From positions 1-64,000 of the forward strand of contig JAEOTM010000032.1 in the NCBI GenBank assembly GCA_016839815.1: 64,000 nucleotides of DNA. The letters run 5' to 3'. The notes beneath the pieces are model-generated. The model saw only the letters and a list, made by a program, of their open reading frames with translations, was not told the DNA's origin and did no database searches. Every line of letters begins with the position of its first letter. Position 1 is the stretch's first letter. The stretch is from Candidatus Hodarchaeota archaeon. Lineage in GTDB: Archaea; Asgardarchaeota; Heimdallarchaeia; Hodarchaeales; Hodarchaeaceae. The translations under genes and the position numbers were made by a program. Positions 18,774 to 27,334 of the stretch are shown one piece after another.

Positions 18774-19928
18774 CTAATTCTTTGTAATCGTTTGATTCTT
18801 CTCAGTTTTTAATCCTGTAATACCTTTAAACTTCGGGCCTACTACTGTCCCTTCATTCAGAAGGGAATTTGTTGGAATAAACACTTCATCACATATAATT
18901 GTATTTTTCATCTTTACATTGTCCTCAATTATTGTGTCATTCCAAATTACAGAGCTTTCAATTTCGCAATTACTCCCAATGTTAACACGATCTCCAATAA
19001 CTGTACGACCCCAAATTCGTGTATTATTACCAATTGTGATTTCATGACCTAATGCTGCAGGTGGTTCTATTGAACTCCCACTTGGAAGAGAAGGAGAACT
19101 CTGATTAATCCAAACATTATTTTCTTCTGATGTCGCACGTGGTAAGTAGGGGAACGCCCATCTTCTTAATACATCCCAATTCGTATAGAGATAGGTTTGG
19201 GGATTACCAGCATCCATCCAGTAATACTGAAGATTATCCGCCCAACCATAGATTCCATACTCCCGGGCTAAATAGGGGAAGACATCCTTTCCAAAATCCA
19301 TCAGATCGTCCATTGATTCAAGAATATCCAATACTTGATGTTTAAAAGCGTAAATCCCAGTGTTAACTAGATTCGATTGTAAGCGAATTGTTTCTTTTTT
19401 TGAGAATGTAAGAGTCGCTAAACCGAGCTCCTGTGGGATTGGCTTTTCCAAAAAAAGTAAGATACGAGAATCCTGATTCAACATGATTACACCGAATGCT
19501 CTAGGTAGAGCGACATCTTTCAGTGTAATACTTGCGATTCCCCCTTTCTCGTTATGAAAAGCCATAAAATCTTGTAGAGGAATATTCGTGACAATATCTG
19601 CCATCGAAACGATAAAGTTATCGGTAGAAATATAATTTGCAGCCTTTCTTACTGCATCAGCAGTATCTAGTGGATCAAAAACAGGTAGAACGATATCTAA
19701 ATCATCGAAATGATCGTTTTCTTTAAAATATTGGATTATTTCCTCTCTCATATAACGAGTTATGATTGCTATTTTGCCTGTAATCCTTGCGTTTCGTAAG
19801 AGCTCCAAATTATAATCAATCATAGGCTTGTTTGCCACAGGAACCAAAGGTTTGGGAATATTATTAGTCAATGGTCTTAATCTTGATCCTATTCCCCCTG
19901 CTAAAACAATAGCACTCCATTCTGTCAT
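18774..19928 (-). CDS. NDP-sugar pyrophosphorylase (mannose-1-phosphate guanylyltransferase-like) with C-terminal left-handed beta-helix
   Basis: LAGGIGSRLRPLT..PKPLVP, FLEKP, NTGIY, YWMDAG, hexapeptide repeats. Confidence 0.92.
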   Translation of the reverse strand: MTEWSAIVLAGGIGSRLRPLTNNIPKPLVPVANKPMIDYNLELLRNARITGKIAIITRYMREEIIQYFKENDHFDDLDIVLPVFDPLDTADAVRKAANYISTDNFIVSMADIVTNIPLQDFMAFHNEKGGIASITLKDVALPRAFGVIMLNQDSRILLFLEKPIPQELGLATLTFSKKETIRLQSNLVNTGIYAFKHQVLDILESMDDLMDFGKDVFPYLAREYGIYGWADNLQYYWMDAGNPQTYLYTNWDVLRRWAFPYLPRATSEENNVWINQSSPSLPSGSSIEPPAALGHEITIGNNTRIWGRTVIGDRVNIGSNCEIESSVIWNDTIIEDNVKMKNTIICDEVFIPTNSLLNEGTVVGPKFKGITGLKTEKNQTITKN

Positions 19929-20070
19929 CCGTGATGAGCTCCAAGTAGACCGAGTTAAAATCTGAGAATGTGTCTGTTACTCCTTAATTGAGATCCTTTA
20001 TGTTTCCATAAATTCTCAAAGGTTAAAAATTCTATGCTGCTAGGTAGGAAAAATCCTTAGTAACAACCAT

Positions 20071-20292
20071 TCAAAAATGTCTTTTGAAATAAATTCGCCA
20101 ATGACGTTGGCAGAAGCGCTCCTCACATGTTGAGCATTCAATATCCCGTTTGTCCTCTGCATGTTTCTTCTTATAACATGTGTAGGAGTTACAAATAGCG
20201 GGTTTTTTACAGTATCGGCACTCTTGTGAATCAATCTTAGAGCTTGACTTGTCTAGTATGGGTTTAGTTTTCTCTGTAATCAATATAATCAT
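20071..20292 (-). CDS. Small Cys/His-rich zinc-finger protein
   Basis: CRYC..IC..TC..H and CSTCEERFCQRH patterns. Confidence 0.6.
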   Translation of the reverse strand: MIILITEKTKPILDKSSSKIDSQECRYCKKPAICNSYTCYKKKHAEDKRDIECSTCEERFCQRHWRIYFKRHF

Positions 20293-20555
20293 CCATATTA
20301 AGAATGTATAGAAGTAAGGGATGATGATTCACGGAAGTACTTCATGCTTCCCCCAGAGATTCAATCGTCCTTTTTCCTCTTACGTGAAGTACTTAAATTT
20401 CATCTTTTTAAGAGTTTTCCAAGATTTTGGGAAATAAGGGATTATTTTGTCTGGGGATTTGATACCCTATGATTTAAAAATATCAAAAACTCTAAAACAT
20501 TGAGCTTTGAGATTATCCTTACTCAAAATTTAAGACTCAATCTTTGTGGTTATAC

Positions 20556-21242
20556 ATGCAAGATGAGAAAGATATTATTATCCATGATTTACGTGAAGAA
20601 ATAGAACGTATGAAAGACCAATCCCAAACAAAGCTCAGTGAGGCATTCGGCGATTCTACCAACCTTGAAAAGCAATTACAGGAGAGTCGTGATGTTCTCA
20701 GTAATGTTCAAAGCGATTTTCAAGCAGAAAAAGCAAAATCTGAAACGTTAGCTACTGAAAAAGCAGAATTGGACAAACAGATAGAAGAATTGAATGAAAT
20801 CATTAAACAACATGAATCAACCACAGCATCCTATCTACAACAAATAGCCAAGATGCAACAATTGCTTCAAGAAACTGAACAAGAAATTGTGGATATTGAA
20901 GCAGGTCATTTAGCTATCCAAAATCAACTTCAAGAGGAAATTAAACGAACAGAGGATCGCTTTGGCCAGGTAAGTGAGGATCTAACAAGAGGAGCGTCCA
21001 GTAATCATGCACAAGACATTCTTATTCGAACTGTCCTCCAAGAAACCGAGCTAGGCAAAATAACTATGTTCATAGTAGACTACTTCGAGAATCCCAAGAG
21101 AAAAGTGTTAGCTAGAGAAACAATTTCTACAGAGCTTCAGCTTCCTCCAATTATGATACGAAAACATTTACGTTTACTGCATGGTTTGGGAGTATTATAT
21201 TTTAATGAAGTTTCGGGAGAAATAAAACCAGTCATCCAATAG
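20556..21242 (+). CDS. Coiled-coil protein with C-terminal winged HTH
   Basis: About 135 aa of E/Q/K/L heptads, then ISTELQLPPIMIRKHLRLLHGLGVLYF. ATG at 20556 (track start TTG 20544). Confidence 0.7.
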   Translation: MQDEKDIIIHDLREEIERMKDQSQTKLSEAFGDSTNLEKQLQESRDVLSNVQSDFQAEKAKSETLATEKAELDKQIEELNEIIKQHESTTASYLQQIAKMQQLLQETEQEIVDIEAGHLAIQNQLQEEIKRTEDRFGQVSEDLTRGASSNHAQDILIRTVLQETELGKITMFIVDYFENPKRKVLARETISTELQLPPIMIRKHLRLLHGLGVLYFNEVSGEIKPVIQ

Positions 21243-21308
21243 ACCTTGTTTTATTCCCTGAGAAGTAATCTTTTTTCTTATAAAAAAGGACAATTAATAA
21301 TTGGATTC

Positions 21309-21656
21309 CTACTTATTTTTGGAGGAGTCAAGCCGAATGGAATAAACTCCGTTATTTCCTGCAATAACGGGTGATTTTTCTTTCTTAGATTTACGCTTTA
21401 ACAAATTATCCACATTAATATCGTAAATTCCAATTTGTCTTTCTCTAATCGTAAGAAACTCCATGTCCTCTTTTGAATATATCGTTTTATCCGCAGTGAC
21501 TGATACATTCTTATTTGTTTGAGGCTGCATTCGTAAACGAAAGAGACGATGACCACAGGTGCAACCAGTGAAGAGTTCATTTGCTTTTTCTGGTGTACGA
21601 TCACATTTTGCACACCGATAACGAGATAAATTGACCTCTCCACTTGTTAATGCCAT
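21309..21656 (-). CDS. oapC: OapC/ArvC family Zn-ribbon protein
   Basis: RCAKC..GCTCG.RLF, IREROIG-like IRE..IGIYDINVDNL, GVYSI; third gene of the operon. Confidence 0.8.
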   Translation of the reverse strand: MALTSGEVNLSRYRCAKCDRTPEKANELFTGCTCGHRLFRLRMQPQTNKNVSVTADKTIYSKEDMEFLTIRERQIGIYDINVDNLLKRKSKKEKSPVIAGNNGVYSIRLDSSKNK

Positions 21657-21671
21657 ATATCCACCAGGAAA

Positions 21672-21989
21672 TTAAACTAGGGCGATTGATAGATGTTCAT
21701 AATTATGGGGAGCTATTACTGTCATTTTCACATTTTTTCGACTGAATAGTCCATTCATTCGCAAAGGTGCGGGATTAAGGATTTTATACCCCAAGAAATC
21801 TTGGTGATCAATTTGGATCATTGCTTCTTCTATTAATGCAGCTTCCTCTTCAGCATCTAGTCCACCTTCAAAGACTACAACACATTCGGATTTTAGTTTC
21901 GAGATAATGAAGTCACATTTCTGGGTGGAGTTCATTTTTCGTGTAGTATTTTCAGTCACGAAATTGATATGTAAGTCCACTTTTTGCAC
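21672..21989 (-). CDS. oapB: OapB/ArvB (DUF2073) family protein
   Basis: VVFEGGLDAEEEAALIEEAM..IDH..FLG..MTVIAP. Confidence 0.85.
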   Translation of the reverse strand: MQKVDLHINFVTENTTRKMNSTQKCDFIISKLKSECVVVFEGGLDAEEEAALIEEAMIQIDHQDFLGYKILNPAPLRMNGLFSRKNVKMTVIAPHNYEHLSIALV

Positions 21990-21992
21990 CTC

Positions 21993-22607
21993 TCACATTC
22001 CTGATACCGATAAGATACTTCCATACAATTCATTCATTCCTGACCCATCTTTTGCCGAGATTGGGATTATTTCGCTTTGGAACGTCTCTTTAACGAGTTC
22101 TGGATCAGCATCAGTCAAATCTGTCTTGTTAGCTGCTACGATTATCGGTATTTTTCTTGCTTCAAGATTCCCTATTACAGTCCAGTTTATTTGGTCAAAT
22201 GGTGCACGCGCGGCGTCAACCACTACTATTGCTGCATCCATTTTGTCTAAGCTTTGAATCGCTTTAATGACTCCTCGAGTTGCTTCTTTTGCTCGTTGAA
22301 TGCTATCCTGTCTGGTTAATCCGTGTTGTTGAAATTCTCGATAATCAATTGATGTTGCAATCCCCGGAGTATCCACAATGGTTAAATCTAAAGAACCACT
22401 TTGGTCAGTGATAACACAATGTTCGAGGGCACTACATTCACGAGTTTCATGAGGAACAGGGCTTACTACTCCAAGAGGTTCGCCATTCCCGCATTCATTT
22501 GAAATTCGGTTTGCTAAGGTAGTTTTTCCTGCATTGGGAGCTCCCAAAATTCCTATAGTAATTTGATTTTTCCGACTACGTGCAAACAATCGCGATAAGA
22601 TACTCAT
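21993..22607 (-). CDS. oapA: OapA/ArvA Era-like small GTPase
   Basis: GAPNAGKTTLANRI, PHETR, DTPGIAT.IDY.EF, RAKEATRGV, PFDQIN, NKTD, ISA. Confidence 0.88.
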   Translation of the reverse strand: MSILSRLFARSRKNQITIGILGAPNAGKTTLANRISNECGNGEPLGVVSPVPHETRECSALEHCVITDQSGSLDLTIVDTPGIATSIDYREFQQHGLTRQDSIQRAKEATRGVIKAIQSLDKMDAAIVVVDAARAPFDQINWTVIGNLEARKIPIIVAANKTDLTDADPELVKETFQSEIIPISAKDGSGMNELYGSILSVSGM

Positions 22608-22714
22608 CTCAATCGATGCCTCCTATTGTTTCATTCTAATACAATACTAAGTTAGAAAATGTACTACTTCTCGATATTAATAGAAGAACATAATATGGAG
22701 ATGATACCACTACA

Positions 22715-24088
22715 TCACTGATCAAGAGACCCAAGATGCTTTTCTAGTTCAAAATCTAGTGGATTTGTATACATATATCTGTGTAAAACCGCACCGAGTA
22801 CTCTGAGACCGGTTATAAGGAGTAAAAGCACCACTAATACGAATTCAAATTGAGGGTCTTTATCAGTGATACCTAGAAGTATTAATAGTATTTCAACTAA
22901 GAATCCAGCAAAAAGAGATCCAGTAAATGCCAAAATACCTTCAAAAGTGAGTAAAATTGAGTAATAACGAGCGCGAGTGTCAACTGTTGAACAATCAAGG
23001 GAATAGGAAGAAATAGCGGTGTCCTCTGCTCCAAAAGCGAGTCCTCCAGGGATGTTTACCAAGAGTAGCCACCATACATTTCCCGTTACCAACCCAACGG
23101 CATAGCCGAATGGCACTATTGCATAACCAAAACGAGAGAGAATTATCACAATCTTCTTTCCATATCGATCTGCAAATATTCCTCCAACCGATTGGCCAAA
23201 ACCTCTTGGTAAATTGAATACAGCCCACAAAATGGAAACTTCCAACCATGAATGAGCAACTCTAAGTGTCACAAAGGGAAAGATTGGCCAAGCCATACTC
23301 ATACAAAATTTAAAGAAGCTATTGATAGGGAGTAATCGTCGGAAAGGTTCATTCCGGGAAATTAGATCACGTGTAGAAAGATGAAGTTCATCTTGGATTA
23401 CTGTTCTTTTTCGTGCTGTATATTTTTCTTTAAGAAATAATTCACTTGCTAAAGCAATTGTAAAAATTAAAGCACCTGTGAGAAAGGGTATAAAGAAAAC
23501 AGGTTTACTTTCTGCATAAAGAGCGATCTCAGCTGGGAACGGAAAAGGGGAGCTGTCCATCCACCAACCTAGACCTAAAATGACAAAAAGTGAGCTCAAC
23601 GTCCCTATTGAATTAATAAATCCAATAAAAGAGGCTCGTTTTTCTTCAGACGTATAATCTCCAAGAAATGCGACCCATGCAGGTATAAAACTAAAACCTA
23701 AAGAAGTCATGATGATAGAAATAAGTACAAGTTCAAATGGATTGGAAACAAAGGGTGTTAGGAAAATAGTCATTGCTAAAGTTGATAAACCAATGGTCAT
23801 AACTAGTTTGCGACCTTTCAGATCTGCAAGCCAACCCCAAATCGATTGAAATATATTTGAACCTAAATTTCTAACAGAAGTGAGAATTGACTGCTCTAAA
23901 GGACTGGCTCCGATAACAACCCCAAAGTAGGAAAGATAAGTAAAAATTGATGATCTTCCTGCAGCCCATGCAATACTCGTCGTATAAATAGGAATTTTCT
24001 CTCTCTTTTCTTCTGATTTTCTTTTGGATCCAGTAGATTCATCTGAAGATGGAACAAGATGACTATCAGAACTCATAAATTTGTACAT
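22715..24088 (-). CDS. MFS transporter
   Basis: About 12 TM segments; GWLADLKGRK and GIFADRYGKK. Confidence 0.9.
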   Translation of the reverse strand: MYKFMSSDSHLVPSSDESTGSKRKSEEKREKIPIYTTSIAWAAGRSSIFTYLSYFGVVIGASPLEQSILTSVRNLGSNIFQSIWGWLADLKGRKLVMTIGLSTLAMTIFLTPFVSNPFELVLISIIMTSLGFSFIPAWVAFLGDYTSEEKRASFIGFINSIGTLSSLFVILGLGWWMDSSPFPFPAEIALYAESKPVFFIPFLTGALIFTIALASELFLKEKYTARKRTVIQDELHLSTRDLISRNEPFRRLLPINSFFKFCMSMAWPIFPFVTLRVAHSWLEVSILWAVFNLPRGFGQSVGGIFADRYGKKIVIILSRFGYAIVPFGYAVGLVTGNVWWLLLVNIPGGLAFGAEDTAISSYSLDCSTVDTRARYYSILLTFEGILAFTGSLFAGFLVEILLILLGITDKDPQFEFVLVVLLLLITGLRVLGAVLHRYMYTNPLDFELEKHLGSLDQ

Positions 24089-24222
24089 ATCCCTTATAAT
24101 TGCACAAGCTTGGATTTAGGGGAATTTTAAAAGAAAATCAATAACCCTTGATCACTTTTGGCGAATACCCATTTTGTTAATCAGCTTTCGTATTATGACA
24201 GAAAAAAGGGTTTGTCTTTGGA

Positions 24223-25422
24223 TTAGGAATTATGACGTTCGAAAGCGATTTCAAATACTCGTTTGAGTTTTTTCGAGAATCCTTCAGGGGAACAATAATT
24301 TGCAGATTTTTTTGCGATTTTTCCCATTTTTAAAGCTTCAGTGGGATTGTCTAAGAGATATAGTACTGCATTTTTGAATTCCTTAACATTATTTGGTTTC
24401 ACGAGGAGCCCATTTTTTCGATGCTCAATGTAATCTCTCACTCCTCCTTCATTAACGCCAATTACAGGTCTAGATTGACTCATTGCCTCTATTACTGTAA
24501 GTCCCTGAGTTTCTGTGTCACTTGGAGTAACCATAAACTCACCTAACTGATAATAATAGGGGAGTTTCGTATGAGCAACAAATCCAGTAAAAACCACGTT
24601 TTTTAACCCTAGATTTTCCGCTTGCCTCCGATAAGCTTTCAAATGAGGTCCATCCCCAATAACTAAGAAAGTAACGTCGTTATGGGTTTTCTCAATTTTC
24701 TTGAACCCTTCTAGAACTACTTCAAGCTTTTTCTCAAACGAGACTCTTCCACAATAAGTAATAATTCGATTATTCTCAGGAATGTTGTATTTCTTTCGTA
24801 AAGCAGAACCAAACTCCTCTAAACCGGTGTTTGAGATTTTTGAGTTAAAAAATACCTCAGAAATCATATTAGGTAATGCATATACTGGTGGTTTTAATCC
24901 ATGAACAATGAGATCTTGTTGAAGTGTCTTCGAAGGAGTAACAACAACATCTGATCGGTTATAATAGAGATTGATGAACCACCAAACAGCCCCAGCAAAC
25001 CCCTTGGTGAAATTTTGTGCTTGGAATCCTCCAAGTAGATGCCCAGAATATTTTACTAAATCTGTATGATACGTGTTTACAAGAGGACAATTTTTCAGGG
25101 ATTTTGCCGCGAATAATGCCAGCCACCCTGCAGAGAAAGGACCATGTGAGTGAACCATATCGAGGTCATATTTCCTCATTGCTCTGTTAAATTCAGTGTC
25201 TATCAATGCAAGATTGTAACCGGGATAATTGGGAATAGGAAAACTTCGAATTTTAACAATAGGAACTCCCTTCATCTTATACGGAATTGGCTCCTTTAGC
25301 TTAGGAGTAACAAGGACGAATTCGTGACCTTCTTTACTTAATGTTTTAATCTCATTTATGATTGAGATTGTTACACCATTAATATTAGGTACGAATGTAT
25401 CCGTAAATATTCCTATTCTCAG
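24223..25422 (-). CDS. GT4 family glycosyltransferase (diacylglycerol glucosyltransferase-like)
   Basis: Frame extends 49 codons beyond the track start to CTG at 25422 (LRIGIFTDTFVPNINGV..GHE). Also GRVSFEK, GDGP and ETQGLTVIEAM. Confidence 0.88.
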   Translation of the reverse strand: MRIGIFTDTFVPNINGVTISIINEIKTLSKEGHEFVLVTPKLKEPIPYKMKGVPIVKIRSFPIPNYPGYNLALIDTEFNRAMRKYDLDMVHSHGPFSAGWLALFAAKSLKNCPLVNTYHTDLVKYSGHLLGGFQAQNFTKGFAGAVWWFINLYYNRSDVVVTPSKTLQQDLIVHGLKPPVYALPNMISEVFFNSKISNTGLEEFGSALRKKYNIPENNRIITYCGRVSFEKKLEVVLEGFKKIEKTHNDVTFLVIGDGPHLKAYRRQAENLGLKNVVFTGFVAHTKLPYYYQLGEFMVTPSDTETQGLTVIEAMSQSRPVIGVNEGGVRDYIEHRKNGLLVKPNNVKEFKNAVLYLLDNPTEALKMGKIAKKSANYCSPEGFSKKLKRVFEIAFERHNS

Positions 25423-25557
25423 TGAAATCGCGTCCTACATCTTCTTCATACATTTATCCATCTATTAGGTCTTTCAGTTCGGAATGTTGGTTAGAAAAAT
25501 AACCTTTATTATATCATTGGAGAGTAGGTAGTTTTACTAAATAATCAAACGAAATTC

Positions 25558-27333
25558 TCAAATATCTTGTCCAGCAAATTGTTTCTCATATAAATCTGTA
25601 AATATTCCTCCTTGAGCCATTAGTTCTTGAAAACTTCCCATTTCGACAATTTTTCCTTTATCGAGCACCACAATTTTATCAACAAATCGAATTGTGCTTA
25701 ATCGATGAGCAATTACTAGAGCAGTACGATTTAGTAGGATATTTTTCATGCTCTGTTGTATCACTAATTCGGTATGGGCATCGACAGAGGAGGTTGCTTC
25801 GTCTAAAATTAATATTCTTGGATCTGCAAGTAATGCTCGAGCGAAACAAATTAACTGACGTTCACCCATTGAAAGACGAGAACCTCTTTCACCCACCTCA
25901 AAATCGAGTCCTTTACTCATCGTGAAGTCATACGCACCTACTTTGAGTAAAGCTCTTTCAATTTCTTCATCTGAAGCCTGAGGATTTCCATATAACAAGT
26001 TATTTTTGATAGAATCACTGAATAGAAAACTATCCTGAGGAATGATGGCGATATTCTGTCGGTAATTTTCTAAATCACAATCACGGATATCAACATCATC
26101 TAACTTTATATACCCATCCTTAAAATCATAGAACCGTAGTAACAAGCTTGCGAGGGTAGTTTTTCCTGCTCCTGTATGTCCCACTAAAGCAAATGTTTGC
26201 AGAGGAGGAATCAACAAGGATAAATCTGTTAACACTGGATCCGTGTCTGGAGAATATTGGAATGTAACATTCTCAAATTCAAGTTTCCCTGTGACATTTG
26301 CTAAGCGTTTTGAGTCTCTAGACACAACTTGAGGGTTGCTATCTAAAATATCAAAAATTCGTTCAATTGCTGCCATTGAGGCTAGTAAGCTATTATAAAA
26401 ATTAGAGAGGACCATTATTGGATGTGATAACCGGGTAACGTATGAGAGAAAGGCGACTAACGTTCCTGGAGAGATAGACTCCTGACCTACAGAATATCCC
26501 CCAATACTGAGTACTAACGCCGTACCTATTGTCAAGAGTAAGTCCATCAGTGGAAACATGATTGCAAAGAGGATCAATGCTCGAATTCGTGCTTGATAAT
26601 TATCTAAATTTAATGTATTAAATTCTTCGGTAACAAATTCTTCCGCTGATAATGCTTTGGTAACCGTTATACCACTAATGGCTTCCTGATAGTACCCAGT
26701 CACTTTAGCGAGAGTTCTTCTTGTGTGTTGCCATGCAGCCCGAGATTTGATTCTAAAATACACTATCGCAACTGCAAGGAATGGAAAGAAAACAATAATC
26801 GACAAGGTCAAAGTAACATCTAAGGAAAATAAAATGACAAACAAGAATCCCAAGAACATCACATTTACGACTGCATCAATAATTCCTGTAGAAAGTAAGT
26901 TCAGTAATCTTTCTACATCATTTGTGACTCTAGAGACTATTCGTCCGGTTGCTTCCTTATCATAATAGTCCATACTAAGTTCTTGCAGTTGATAGAAAGC
27001 TTCCTCACGGATCTTTGTTATTATCTTCAATCCAGTGATTGTAGTAATATAACTCGTGATAACATTTAGAACAAACGAAAATACTGTTACTGAAAAATAA
27101 ATTATTGCAATAAAACCTAAACCATCTAAATCTTTCTTAAGAACATAATCATCGATAACGGATTTAAGGAGTAAAGGTTGTACGATTGTAAACAGGGTAG
27201 AAAAAAGCATACCAATAAGAGCAATGGAGAAGATCTTCCAATGGGGAAGTGTGTACCGAAGTAATCGCTTGAGGAGTTCAAAATCAGAATATTCGTGATG
27301 TAATAAATCCCGCTGATCTTGTGTTCTAGACAT
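25558..27333 (-). CDS. Heterodimeric ABC exporter subunit (TMD+NBD)
   Basis: GHTGAGKT, degenerate signature LSMGERQ, intact Walker B DEATS and H-loop AHRL. Confidence 0.93.
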   Translation of the reverse strand: MSRTQDQRDLLHHEYSDFELLKRLLRYTLPHWKIFSIALIGMLFSTLFTIVQPLLLKSVIDDYVLKKDLDGLGFIAIIYFSVTVFSFVLNVITSYITTITGLKIITKIREEAFYQLQELSMDYYDKEATGRIVSRVTNDVERLLNLLSTGIIDAVVNVMFLGFLFVILFSLDVTLTLSIIVFFPFLAVAIVYFRIKSRAAWQHTRRTLAKVTGYYQEAISGITVTKALSAEEFVTEEFNTLNLDNYQARIRALILFAIMFPLMDLLLTIGTALVLSIGGYSVGQESISPGTLVAFLSYVTRLSHPIMVLSNFYNSLLASMAAIERIFDILDSNPQVVSRDSKRLANVTGKLEFENVTFQYSPDTDPVLTDLSLLIPPLQTFALVGHTGAGKTTLASLLLRFYDFKDGYIKLDDVDIRDCDLENYRQNIAIIPQDSFLFSDSIKNNLLYGNPQASDEEIERALLKVGAYDFTMSKGLDFEVGERGSRLSMGERQLICFARALLADPRILILDEATSSVDAHTELVIQQSMKNILLNRTALVIAHRLSTIRFVDKIVVLDKGKIVEMGSFQELMAQGGIFTDLYEKQFAGQDI

Positions 27334-27334
27334 T

